Positions 39,136 through 52,118 of a stretch of DNA of 64,000 nt are shown here, piece after piece. The first letter of the stretch is position 1. Each line of letters begins with the position of its first letter. Location: positions 20,770,001-20,834,000 of the forward strand of contig CM069143.1 of the NCBI GenBank assembly GCA_035221665.1, read 5' to 3'. The notes below the pieces were generated by a model. The model was not told the origin of the DNA. It saw only the letters and a list, made by a program, of their open reading frames with translations, and searched no databases. Both the position numbers and the translations under genes were made by a program. The DNA comes from Okamejei kenojei. Its lineage: Eukaryota.

Positions 39136-41714
39136 TCCAATCACATTAATACTGTTTTCTTCTATTTCTTGTATGTATGCATTTCTTTACACATAGATTT
39201 ATTGCCTCACCAATTCCCAAACTCATGTAGTTTACACATTCCATACAATGTCAATAGATCCATCAGTCTGTTCCTCATATCTGCTTTGATGTCATGATTT
39301 TGATGTTGATATAGCATAGTCATCATAGCAGAAGATCACCAGGAGGATGGTGAAAGTTCATGGCTGCCCCGCAGCCTTAATGAAAAAATGTTACATCTTC
39401 ACCAACTCACGGGAATCCTTGGTCCATGATGATTCAAAAAAGGAGTATCCAGGTTGGAACTGTGAACCTTGACTCTCATTGCCAAGTCCATGTGGAAGCC
39501 CAGTACAAACATCAGAAAGAGCTGCACCTGCTGCACACTCGTCTAGCCACGCCTGCCTCACCTGTGGAACCGACGATGAGTCCCACATTGACCCTACCAG
39601 TTATATTGGAACCAACAAAACTGGAATAAAATGAAATCACATTTGACCACAAGGGACCACCTAAGATAAAGGTGGAGAAGATGATAACCTAAATACTGCT
39701 AGCTGTTGTATGGAACATTAACCAGACATCACACATTTTAGTTATTACAGAAGGGATTAACAGGAAAATTAGGAAAGGAATCCAGATGGCTAGGAAATAG
39801 GATTTCTTACCACAAGCCGGAGGTGATATATATATTTATATCATTTTTAACGTTACAAAAGGACAACATGGCTGACAGGTAAAAGCAAAGTATTAAGTGG
39901 TCCAGGATGGGAGTAGGAAAATGTGATTGGACAAGTTGGTTAATGGTGAAATCACTCAGAAAAATCTGATGGCTTTGATGATTTCCTTTTACGCTGGTAA
40001 ACTCTGGCTTTAAGATTTGGACCTTTGGAAGAGTTATGTATTCCCTTAATGGGGACACATTAACAGAGGGCAAAATTAGAAGAAATCTACTGGTGCAAGA
40101 TAAAAACTAAAGATTACCTTGTATCTTGATGTTGCCTCTTGCAAATGTGATATTTGTTACTTGCTGTTATATAGGCATAATGCAACAAGGCTAATGTTGC
40201 AGATTTGTCTTGGATCCATCATGGGAACTTAATATTATGGTAAACTCTGCTTCAACAGGATCAAATGTTGTCTGGAGTTCATCCTGAGCCCATGGTATAA
40301 CAATTTGATAGCCAGGACACGATGGCAGGTACATGTTGAATTATTTTTACGTGTACCTTCCAAAGTTTGTGGTGGATGTTATTAAATTGCCTGAAGTGTG
40401 TTCCACATATACTGGAACTCGAACTCATTTACTGTATCTAAATCATCAACTATGATGGATATATCCCAAAGGAATTCCCACCCTGACTAATTTACTTGGC
40501 ATTATATGGCAGCAGGAGTTATGAATAATAAAGAGGAAGTGCTGGCAGGAAAAAGTAAGCAATGACTGCAATTACATATGAAACTAGCTATTAAGTGAAG
40601 AAAAAAATGCACAAAAAGTAATTGTGACTGCAAATTAGCATTATTTTACACATTAATGTGAATTAACCATTCCATCAATGCAAGTTCTTTCTTTCCATAA
40701 CCCGAGCAGGCATAGGCTGAGATGCAACTGCATGGAAAATCTCATCCAATGATTTGAAGCTTGGTGCAAGACTTAATTTTGACAATTGTTCAGCAACAAC
40801 AAGGATTTATTTTAGCACCACACTTTCTGCCCTCCAAGAGCAAAGGTTATAAAGGTTGTACACAAATTTGAAGCTTAAAATTATGTGTCTAATATTGTAC
40901 AACCAAAGTTTGTAAAGTGTGAGGCACTGTTGCTGATTGGACTCAGTAAATTTTGAAATAATACCTTCTCTTTCTCTAAATTGTGGAATAATTCCCTGAT
41001 TTGGCCATTGGGATTAGAAATGTCACGCATCCATTTCTTTAATTTACTCTCCATTTGGCTGTATTGTGGAGCTTCAAATGTGTTTATGTCTTTTCTTCTT
41101 GCCATCTCACAGCTTTACTTAAACATTATGACAACCTATTATTCTTTTTATAATTACATTAGGATGCATTTTGGAGATGCAGGAAATTCCAACCCTTTTC
41201 AAAATACCAAATTATTTGTTTTTCCCAACTTACCCGATGACATATTATTTAATTTGGAATCTATTTAAGGTCAATAAACATCTTATGCATGTTCCCATCC
41301 CCATCAAGGTTCCAATAATTACCTATTTAAGTTGTTAAGCCTCCTTAAATATCCTCAGCAAAATTGGGCTATGAAGGGTGGAATTGTGATATGGCCATTA
41401 CTGAAACATGGCTCAAATAGGTGGAGAAATAGCAAATCAATGTTCATGGTTATAGAGATTTAAGATTAAATAGTGGTGTCAAATAGAAGGTTAAGTGGGG
41501 ACATCCAATGGCAATTGTTAAAGGATCAAATACAACAATGACAAAGCATATGCTAGAACAATTAACAAAATAAATCCATATGTTTTGAATAGTAGGATGG
41601 TGATGAGGTTCTTATATTGTTTTTAGTGTGGTAGCAAAATACCAAAATGAGCCAAAAGTGAAAATATGTAGGCATGTTTCTGCCGTGAGAAAACAGTAAA
41701 TTGGTAAAAGTTTA

Positions 41715-41934
41715 GGTGGATACAAGGAACTGTAGATGCTGGTTTACAAAAAAGGTACAAAGTATAGTAGTAACTCAGCAGGTCAAACAACATCTCTGAA
41801 AAACATTGATAGGTGACATTTCAAGACAGCCTCAGACATCTTCAGTGGAGAGAGAAATAAACCCAAACGTCACCTATCCATATTCTCCAGAGATGCTGCT
41901 TGATGCGCTGTGTTACTCCATTATTTTGTGTATT
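41715..41934. mobile_element. Head-to-head Penelope-derived unit with degenerate TSD
   Basis: A minus copy is followed by a plus copy. Flanks TTGGTAAAAGTTTA (41701-41714) and TTGGTAATAGTCTA (41935-41948). Confidence 0.7.
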
Positions 41935-42142
41935 TTGGTAATAGTCTATAATAACAACATTGAAGAGTCAATGTTGGATGCAGAGAAACAGGGCAGAATT
42001 CTTAAAATGTATTCAGATGTTTTAGTTTGTTTGCAGCAAAACCAACAAGATAGTGGATGGTTCTGGGCTCATGGTTACTCAATTCTCAACATGGAGATGA
42101 TAGGTTGAATGAAAGGTCAGTTTTTATGTTGCATGACTCTAA

Positions 42143-43465
42143 TAGCTTTAGCCAGGCCCATAGCTTTAGCCAGCATATTGTCAAATGTCTTAGAAAGAGT
42201 TCTGCTGGATAGAATAAATTAGTTTGTTAACTCCGCAGATAACCAGTTTGGCTTTAAAGATAAACATGGCACTGACTTATGCATATATGCCCTAAAGGAG
42301 ATTGGAAACAAATATAGAGGCAAAAACTCTTCAATCCTTATGTGCTTTATTGATGCTTCCAAAGCCTTTGACCGCGTTAATCACAGAAAGCTGTTTGGTA
42401 AAATGAGTCAAAGAGGGGTGCCTGAATACATTGTTAGAATTCTGGCCTACTGGTATGCCCACCAGACTATGTAAATAAAATGGGGCAATAGGGTCTCAGC
42501 CCCATTTGGGGTTGGCAAAGGTGTTAGACAAGGGGGAATTTTGTCCCCAGTCCTTTTTAATCTATATATTGATGATCTGTCTAAACAATTGAAAGCCTGT
42601 AACACTGGGTGCGTGATTGATAATATTTTAGTGAACCATATTATGTATGCAGATGATCTTGTGGTCTTTAGTCCATCTAGCGCTGGTCTCCAGCAGCTCC
42701 TTACTACATGTTCCGTGTATGGTGTGGAACATGACATTAAATATAATGCTAGTAAGAGTGCTGTTATGGTCTGTAGAACCAAAGAGGATAAAAGCTTAAA
42801 ATATCCTGATTTTAAATTGTCTGACAACAATCTTAGTGTTTGTGATAAGATAAAATATCTAGAGCATATTAGTACAGAACAAATGACAGATGATGAGGAA
42901 ATTTATAGGCAACGACGCATGCTGTATATGCAGGCGAATATCCTCTTGCGTAAATTTGATGCGTGTGCAGATGTGGTGAAGATGTCGCTATTTAGAGCAT
43001 ACTGCACACCCCTCTACACTGCGCACCTGTGGTCGAACTATTTAAAGACAAGAATGCAGAGACTAAAGGTAGCATATAACGATGCCATGAGAACACTGCT
43101 AAGGTATAGTGCCAGTAATATGTTTGTGGCTGCAGGAGTCAGTACTTTAGAAGCTATCCTAAGATTCATTTGCAGGATAAATGTGCTTATTGTGGCCTTG
43201 ACAAACATAAGGGTTAGCACTACACGCTACGAATCCCAGCTGTGGAGACACTGGTATCGTTGTCTCGTTGTACGACATTGATCATCTTACTCTGGATTTT
43301 TAACTTAAGTATTGTGGGTTTTTTAAATATATAAATAATGATGTTTTTATGTGATTTACCATGATTTTATATATATTTATGATATTTGATATGCAATGCA
43401 TTTTTAATGTAATGTTGCCCCTTGTCTTGACCTTGAGTCCGTAATAAAGTTATTATTATTATAAT
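42143..43465 (+). mobile_element. 5'-truncated non-LTR retrotransposon (RTE-X-like RT)
   Basis: RT motifs QFGFK, FIDASKAFDRVNH, GVRQGGILSPVLFNLYIDDL and MYADDL. The 3' end has AATAAA then (TTA)n. RT identity is firm; the clade is tentative. Confidence 0.85.
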
Positions 43466-44759
43466 TAAATAACTCCACGATACTCGTGAGTTGCAAGCAG
43501 CATGAGTGGGAGAGTATTTTGGTGGTAGCGGAGTCGTGGAACCTGAATCTGAAGTAAAACTTCTCCAATGGAGAAATACCAATTTTATTTATGATATAAT
43601 TTACTAAAAGTGTACTAGTAATGGTTGCCTGATGGCAAACCGTATCAGGCGACATTTGTAGAAAGAGAACTGGAGTTAAAGTATCAGGTTGATGACTAAG
43701 ATATTTCATTGCAACAGATGGTGATCAACCTGGACAGTTAACTATATTTCTCTCTCCATTGAAGCTGCCTGACCTGCTTATTTTCCTACGTATTTTTACA
43801 TTGCAATCAACATATCAATTATCGATGGTATTTTGCCTCTATGTTTAATGGTATATCCATCAGAGTATTACAAGAAGACCAGCTGAAGATTCAGAGAAAG
43901 TATATTTTCACAAGAAATGAATGGGACTCCAAAATCACAAGCCTTCTGTTTGAAGAGAAGCATACAGCATAGGAAACTAAAAGAAGCTGACTGGAGTAAG
44001 AAAAGTATCAATTTAAAAATGTTATGAGGTAGAAAGGAAGAATGAGAAATATTGACAAAATAAGCATATTAACCAACATCTGTTAAAAGCGTCTGCAAAT
44101 CTGTGATATTTCATTCTGATGAGAGTTTCCAGATCCAAAACATTGACCTTTTTCTTTTTTTACAGACTGCCTCACTTGTTGAGTTTTTTCAGCATTGTCT
44201 GCTGTTTTGGAAACACATGCAGTTTTCTTTTGTAAAAACAGAAAGAGCAAGAGCGCAACTAAGAGAAGAGTAATAAGGCATATTAAAGACTTAATTTGAT
44301 AGGTTTTGAGGTGGCATGGTTTGTGATAAATACTTTCCAACTATTTTTATAAAAGAGGGTGATGTTACAGATATTGTAAGTAAGGAGAAAGTGTGAAATA
44401 TTGAGTGAGAAAAAACTAGTGAGGGAGGAAACATGAGGTTCTCTAAAACAAATAAATTGCTAGAATCCAATTAAAAATATCCCAGCCAGTTGAGAGGAGC
44501 AAGAGAGGAAATAATGTTGGCTATAAACATCATATTCTGATCCTCTATGGTACAGGCTTTGTTCCAGAGCACTTAGTTATCAGTTATCAAAAGGGAAAGA
44601 AATAGACTGGGGGACCTTAGGGTGGTTAGCCAAATGTTTGTTAAGACATAGAATATAAGAGCAGATAAAAATACTCCTGAGGTCACATATAGGTGAATGA
44701 GCATCATATTGCAGAAAGGGTGTGATAACATTCATGACAATATTTACAAGCAAATTGTA

Positions 44760-45130
44760 ATAAAAACTTTAGGCACAAAGAATGATTTCTGGATCCATTT
44801 CTTTTGGAACAGTAGAGGCTGAGGGAGATTTAACTGAGGTTTTGGAAGTTATGAAGCATCTAGATGGAGTGGATTGGAAGGCCCTCGGTAGAGTCATCAA
44901 TAACTAGGTGGCATTGAGTTGAAGTTATTGGTAGAAAAATGAAAGGGGAATTGATGAAAGTCTTTCCACCCAAAAAATAAGAGCTCTGAAACACTTTGCC
45001 TTAAACAAACATTACAATAAAAAACTACTTGGAAAACTATTATGTAGCATAACATTTGGGCCAAGGCCTGGGGAGAGGCCTGGGTTACTCTTTTAGCCAG
45101 CGTGAACACACTGGTTCTTTCTATGCTTTA
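44760..45130 (+). mobile_element. Degraded CR1 3' fragment
   Basis: TTGGAACAGTAGAGGCTGAGGGAGATTTAACTGAGGT is an LExRRLRGDLxEV-like remnant. Confidence 0.6.
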
Positions 45131-45162
45131 AATTTGTATGGTATGTCTATGATATCCAAATG

Positions 45163-45303
45163 GGGTGGAAGATTGCAACCTTCACGTGGTCCGCCCTGTT
45201 TCGACAAATGCAATCAACCCGGCGTGCACAACCAAATAAGATCAAATAGAACAAGTTGTCCTACAACTTTAGGCTGTGCACGCCAACGCAAGAAGAAGAA
45301 GAA
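45163..45303 (+). mobile_element. Young 141 bp retroposed insert with (GAA)n tail and 12 bp TSD
   Basis: Perfect TSD GATATCCAAATG (45151-45162 and 45304-45315), tail AAGAAGAAGAAGAA, and several internal stems. Confidence 0.85.
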
Positions 45304-45766
45304 GATATCCAAATGATGCCCTGTGCAATTTGAAGGTCCTATCATGGCATCTTGTCCTTGAAGATTTGCTTTTCTTGTAGTGGAAACGGTTAAAGGGAGG
45401 GTTGAATAAATCTGTCCAAAATTATGACATTACAAGTAGAAAATCTTGTGGACAAGAAAAGCCTGGTAAAAACACAAATGTCAGTCAGACATCACTCTTG
45501 GTGAGAAAACAAAGTTACATAGAATTGTTTCCAATGGGAGAAGCATTAGTAACCAGAGGATACTTAATTAAGATAAATGGTTGAAAAATAAATGGAGGAT
45601 GTGAGGACTTATGTTATTTAAAGCAAGTTATTATGATCGGTATTACATTGCATGAAAAGATGGTGGGAAAATAATTAAAGAGTGTTGGTTGAATACTAGA
45701 CACAGGAAGAATTTGCAGCGCCACGGGTAAGCGCATGGGACCAGTATGAATTAGATCTGATTAGAT

Positions 45767-46553
45767 AATAAGCGAGTTTGGTATTCTGACTGCGCATGCC
45801 CAGGTCATAGGTCACTCGCAATAAACATTCTCGGCAACTGTGCTGCTGCATGAATACAGACCTGCGTTTCATCCGTAGTCAGGATCAAACCCGGGTCTCT
45901 GGCATTGCAAGTGCTGTTGAATTGTTACTGGACCATTCCCGTTCCCTCCCAAGTGTCCCATCACTGTCCGGGGGCAGCCAGTGATGTCCGGGGTGACCCT
46001 AGACTGACGGGACAACGGCCTGGAACAGTGGTGGCCCAGGATTACAGCCAGCGTAGAAAAGACGCGCTAACTCCAGCTCAACTCACCCTGTCCTTCCGGG
46101 TTAACCGACAGCCCTGGACTGATGGGACACCAGCCCGGAGCAGTTTAGTTAGGGTTTCTTCTCCGCGCTGGTTGTAAACCTGAGCTGCCACTGCAACGGG
46201 CCAGTGTCCTGTCCAGGGCTGTCGGTTATCCCAGCGGGACAGGCAGAGTTGAGCTGGAGTTCTCCACGCTAGCTGTAAACCTGGGCCGCCACTGCAATGG
46301 ACCGGTGCCTGCCAGTCCAGGGTCACCCCGGACATCTCTGGCTGACCCAGGATAGGGATGGGACACTCGGGAGGCGATGGGGACGGTCCAGTAGCAATTC
46401 AACAATGCTGGAGACCCGGGTTCGATCCTGACTACGGTTGAAACACAGGTCTGTATACATGGAGCAGCACAGCTGCCGAGAATGTTTATCGCGAGTGCCC
46501 TATGACAAATCCCATGATTCCTTGTGTTTTTCAGAATACTGAACTCGCTTATT
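45767..46553. repeat. Long imperfect palindrome (foldback-like element)
   Basis: Arms of about 370 bp are reverse complements, e.g. CCGTAGTCAGGATCAAACCCGGGTCTC with GAGACCCGGGTTCGATCCTGACTACGG, and GATGTCCGGGGTGACCCT with AGGGTCACCCCGGACATC. Confidence 0.9.
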
Positions 46554-46779
46554 GGCCCAGGCACGATAGCCAGATAGTAAGCTTCAGCAGCATACAATTC
46601 TTCAGTGTGAAATTCTTCACACTTAAGCATATCAACGCAATTCAGACTCAGGTGAAGGGCAGATGTGATCTCAGTGTTAATCAAGCTACAAATACAGTCA
46701 TTTTGACAACACTCACTCTTGGTCCAAATCATAGTACAATGTAGACAAGTACAATGCACTTTGTTCATGACAACCATGA

Positions 46780-47320
46780 TGACTGTCTATGTTAATCGCT
46801 TTTGGTTTGCATTTGACCATATCCCTCTATGCCTATCATTTCCAAATACCTCTACAAATGCCTTCTAAATGTTGTCATTGTGTCTGCCCTCTCTACCTTC
46901 TCAGGGAGCTCGTTCCAGATATTCATTACCCTCTGTGCGAAATACCTACCCAACAGATCACATTTACATTTCTCCCCTCTCTCTTTAAACTTGTGCCCTC
47001 TTGTTCTAGTCTCCTCTGCCCTGGAAAACCATATTATGACTATCTATCCTATCAATGACCTTCATAACATTATAAACCTCTTTATATTTAGACCTCAGCT
47101 TCCTATGTTCCAGTGTGAACTGACCTTGTTGTCCAATCTCTCCTAATAACTCAACCCTTCAAATTCAGGCAACATCCTAGTGATTCACTTCTACACTCTC
47201 TTTCTCTTTTACTACCATATCCTCCTGTAGTGAAATGACCAAGATTATACATAATACTCCAAGTGAGATATAACCAATGCTTTGTACAACTGTAACATAA
47301 TGTCATAATGATTTTTTGCT
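46780..47320 (-). mobile_element. Degraded CR1 3' fragment
   Basis: Reverse-complement CR1 hallmarks, including TTCCAGATATTCATTACCCTCTGTG, AAACTTGTGCCCTCTTGTTCTAG and GGCAACATCCTAGTGA. Confidence 0.7.
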
Positions 47321-47334
47321 GTTTTACTCCACCT

Positions 47335-48270
47335 TTAAAAGACAAGTGTTTATATGAAAACCTCTGTGATGACACAGGAATTTACAGTCAAATAAATATT
47401 TTTTTCGATATGGTCACAGTTGTGATGTCAGAAGTGTATCAGCCAATTTGCACATAGCAAACTGCAACACAATGATAAAACCTCAGGTTGGAGGATGATT
47501 ATTAGCAAGGGCACCATGGATATTTTTTAAGGGGCTGTCCCGTTTGGGCGACCTAATTGGCAAGTTTAGAAGAGTTTGAAAAAAAGACATGTTGAAGACC
47601 TCCTTCGACTATGTAGAAGACCTCCTTCGACCTCCTTCGACTATGTTGAAGATCAGCTTCGACTAACATCGGGAAAATTGGACACCGAATAGTGGAGAGT
47701 GAAGACAACCTCCTTCGATCTCCTTCGACCTCCCTTCGACTATGATGAAGACTATCTACAACTACCTTCGACTACCCTCAATTACCTACGACTAACATGC
47801 CGACCTACTACGACCTACTACGACCAAACCTACGAGTAAAAAAAAGTATCGATTTTTTCCATGGCGACTCTTTTTTACTCGCTGGCATTTTTTAACATAT
47901 TGAGAAAAATGTGGCGACCTAGCTGAGACCTCGAGTATGCGTAGACCACTCTCGAGCATGAAGGAGAGTCACGAAGAGATCCTACGACCTCGTGTCGACA
48001 ATGCTGCGAGTATGAGTAGAGGGCAAACTCGCCTGAACCTACGGATTAGGTCGCCCAAGTGGGTCAGGCCCTTTAAGCTTTTCATTAGAATAGAGTATGG
48101 GATATTTTGTATTCACCCAAGAAAGTAAAAAGCTTCATTTTCAGATTTCATCCAGTTGATCCAACAATAACGCATTCCTTGAGTTTCCACGAAAGCCTTT
48201 GAAGACAGACTTAAGACCATGAACTTGTGACTCAGAGGCAGGCAAGAAGTCTAACCAGTGAGCCACAGCC
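47335..48270 (-). mobile_element. DeuSINE-like old SINE interrupted by a Harbinger MITE
   Basis: Deu-core-like words (AGCCAATTTGCACATAGCAA, ATGGGATATTTTGTATTCACC) and a tRNA-like end TGACTCAGAGGC..AACCAGTGAGCCACAGC. Assignment is from recalled consensus. Confidence 0.5.
47530..48072. mobile_element. PIF/Harbinger-type MITE
   Basis: Terminal inverted repeats AGGGGCTGTCCCGTTTGGGCGACCTAAT and ATTAGGTCGCCCAAGTGGGTCAGGCCCT. TTA on both sides (47527-47529 and 48073-48075). Internal CCTTCGAC/CTACGAC arrays. Confidence 0.85.
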
Positions 48271-51200
48271 AATCTATTTCTGCCACCATGCATATTTAAT
48301 TTGTTTTAAAGATATTCTACTCGGCATGTAGCAAATTACTGGAAAAGACACAAGGCACAAAACAAGCCTTAATGCAGTTTCCTTTTCATTAACATGTTAT
48401 TATAATACACAAGAGGCAGGCAACAGTTCCTTTATAATGGTGGTGGAAAAGGTTGAATACTTGAATGGACAACATAGCACACAGATAACATAATAAGGTA
48501 AAATGAGAGCACTTTATAATCATAAGTTCCACAATATTTGTTGTTATTTGCATTTGCAATAACTGATGTTGATTTTTTTTTAAACCTATGACAGTGGCCT
48601 CCCTCAGTCCCCTGGGCCCCAGATCCAATCCTTCACTCTTTAGTTTGATATGTGTGTCACACCCTAGAGAGTGAGTTACTGTAAATTTCCCAAACTACAT
48701 GCCGTGTGCGAGCTCCTGAAGGCATCAGCTTGTAATGGAAATGCTGAAGCATAGCTCGGGTGTTTACTGCACGCTATCACAGATGATTAGGATGGTGGTC
48801 ATCATATAAGCATTACAAACTGCTGGCTGGACAAATAAAAACAGAGAATTAGAGTAGGGAAAAAAAAAATCAGCACTGCAAAAATCTTGACTAAAATGAA
48901 ATGCAGGAGGATCTGCAGTGGTCAGCGGCATGACACGAGTGCGTATAAATCACGTCAAGGACCTGAGGTGCAAGGATCGACCTTAAAGAGGCCATGCACC
49001 TTTTATTTTGGTTGAACTGACATCAAATAGTAACATTTCTAATGTGTTTCTTGTTCAGAGGCCTTCTGTTGGCTCCTGACTCATTGGTAATAATTAATAT
49101 ATTGATCGTGCTCAGAAGGAAATCTTTGAGCATCATTCCCTCGATTTTTATTGTAATTTGAAGCTATTCTCTACATAGAGGCCATTTCCATTGAGCATAA
49201 ATACAAAATAGAACAGTCAGATATCAGCATCATAGTGCATGATTGACATTGTGGCAATGTAATGCAGAACTTGATTTGAAGTAATGTCAGGAGCATCATT
49301 TTGTACATGAGATAGATATTGTTTTGGAGGCTTAAATGTACTGTAAGTGCATGACAGACTACGTGTCAGAGAAATGTAGCCAAACACATACAAGGTATAA
49401 AATGTATAAATACAAAGCTGGCCCAGAAAATATAATAAGTATGAATGGGTTACTTGTAGTTTAGTTCCAGTCAGGGACTCATGTACCTCAAAGACACTGG
49501 AACCGGATATCAGGACCCTTTTAAATTTATTGTGGTTTCCTCTGTATTGGATACATTAGTGATGATTTCAAATAGGTTTTCATTGATTGACATCACATAC
49601 CCACACCATGTGTAAACTTCCATCATGTCACATTCAGCAGCAAGCTTTATAATAACTAAGTAATTAAACATTTCATGGATCATCATTCATTAGGTAATAA
49701 CACAGAAGGATGTCTTTGAAATTCCAGGAAATGGAGAAAAAAAATCTCCTGAATCCTGTTTCAAACCAACTCAAGTAAATAAATGCTGGCAGGATATTGT
49801 GTCCAAAGCTTTTCTGTGGCTCAAGCGCCATAAATAATACAAAACAACCAGTTTGAGCACTTTTATTAAGGGTCAACCCGATTTAGCAGGTCAGTGCAGA
49901 AAACCTGATGAATTGTAAATTGTAAAAGTCCAGATCTTTAATCATGCAAAAATTTGAATCTCTTCTTTATACGTTATGAATTAATAGGAAATTCCTAAAA
50001 GAGATACCAGGTCAGATCTTGCTCATTTGGTCCCATTGCCTGCATTCACCACCTACAGTTCTTCCCCATGCACCTGCTTACCAAATCCTGATGCAGAGTT
50101 CCAATATTGTAGTCCTGAAGCAACTTTAGCCATGACTTTAGCCACGAGACAGAGTGGTGGCAGGGGCCGCTGATGATGCAGCCATGGAGCGATGCCCTGG
50201 AAACAGGTCTGATAGCACTGACATCTGTCAAAACCCCACCCTCAGCCTTAGCAGCGGCAAAGGTTGTGAAGGATGTTTATAAGCTTTTAACTGCCCTTAA
50301 TGTTCAAGAATATTAAAAGGTTATAATTATTAATTTAAAAAAGTCACCTTGAAACATAGATGATTACAGAAAATATTTGCAAGACTCATTAAGTCAGGAT
50401 ATATCTGCAGAAAGAAAAGCAGTTAACTTTCAGGTTGAGTGCCCTTTGTCAGTTGAGATGAAGAGATCTGGACCTAAATGTTTAGTGGGTTTCTTCCTAT
50501 TGATTCTGCTGAGTGTTTCCAGCACTCTCAATTTTTAATCCAAATTTCTAATATCTGTGCAGTTTTTTTGTTTTAATTTTCAACAAAAATAGTTGAACTC
50601 ATTAAATCAAAGCAAAAACTGAAAACTAATTAAGGAAAGTAAACTTCCTTCCCCTTTGCCTTCTAATCACCAGCCTGCAGTACCAATTGATATAAATGGA
50701 GCCCGAGGTTCTGAGAGCCAATTGCCCAACATACGTAGTGGGAAATCTCAACACAACAGGGCTCCGCAGTCACAGAGTGAAGTGACAGATTCAGTGTTCT
50801 TGGGACTTGAGTATTTGACAGTGCACATGCAGAGGTCCTGGACTTAATGTTGCTTAATCCACTAAATGCTGATGTCCCATTTATAGTTGTTAGCATGAAC
50901 ATTGCATATCAGTCCAAAATCTTTACATCAGGATGTCACTGTACAGTGTAAACATGAATATTTAATACATTATTTATCATTTAATATATAATTAACAACT
51001 GTATTGTACTTTTGAAACAAAGCATATTGTGCCACTGATATTTTGGACATACCTTTGGTCCTTAATATTGATTTTTAATATAATCTGTTTATCCATATCA
51101 TAAATGTTCCCTGTGGCATGGATGGGGCTAATGGCTTAATAACACAGAAACGGAGCATTCATACTTAAAACTTACTGAAAGGTTGTTCATACTGCCTTTT

Positions 51201-51554
51201 TATTTCTGTTTGTGGAGTTGCTGCAATGTTAGGGGCATGTCCATACAGTCCAGTATTGCAACAATCTTACTGATGCATTCATATAATTTAACTGGACTAT
51301 AATTGGCAAGGTCTTCACATCTCATGCCACAAATTCCTCTACAAAAACCAGGCCAATGCTTTTATCTTATTGTCCAGACTTGTTAATTGATTTTACAGGA
51401 TTAAGGTTGTCAACTTTGTAATGAAATCATAAGCTTGAGCACTAGCCTTTTACAGAGCAAGTGACCACATTGTCCATGCTTTCTTTTGAAGTTGTGCACT
51501 ATATTTGGGAGAGATTGGGGCCAGAGTTTACAAGAATTGCTCCTTTGTCATAGA

Positions 51555-51850
51555 CCGGCTACGATGGGAGAATCTAGAACCAAAGGGCACAGAGTAAAAT
51601 GACATACATTTAGAATGGAGATGAAGAGGAATTTCTTTAAGCAGAGGGTGGTGAGTCTGTGGAATTAATCACCACAGAAGGCTTCAGAGGCGGTCATTGT
51701 GTATTTTTAACGTAGGTTCTTGATGAGTAAGGATGTCAAAGGTTATAGGGAGAAGGCAGGAGAATAGGGTTGATAAGGAAAAATAGACCAGTCATGATCA
51801 AAAGGCGGGCCATACTCGATGGACTGAATGGCCTACTTCTGCCCTCATAA
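51555..51850 (+). mobile_element. CR1 3' fragment
   Basis: GAGATGAAGAGGAATTTCTTTAAGCAGAGGGTGGTGAGTCTGTGGAAT and the 3'UTR word GAATGGCCTACTTCTGC. Confidence 0.8.
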
Positions 51851-52118
51851 AAATAAACTGGAATTAATGGTGTAAACACAAAGGAAATCTTACCCAGTTT
51901 CGCACCATCTGAATGGGAAGAGGAAGAGTGTAAATATTAAGTGGTGGATTTTTACATTAGTACATTGTAGGCTCTGCTAGACTTGCAGGGTGTTTACTGG
52001 TCACAGCTCATTTGGAAAGTATGAGTTCTGGGCTGAGAGTTACATGAACATGTAGACAGAGAGAGTTGGCAGACTACTTATGAATAACAGAAATAAAAGT
52101 AATTTTTGAACTGGAAAA

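Noticed and set aside
47590-47835. Regularly spaced CCTTCGAC repeats resembling a CRISPR or iteron array
   Set aside because: This is the interior of a Harbinger MITE in a eukaryote, with no unique spacers.
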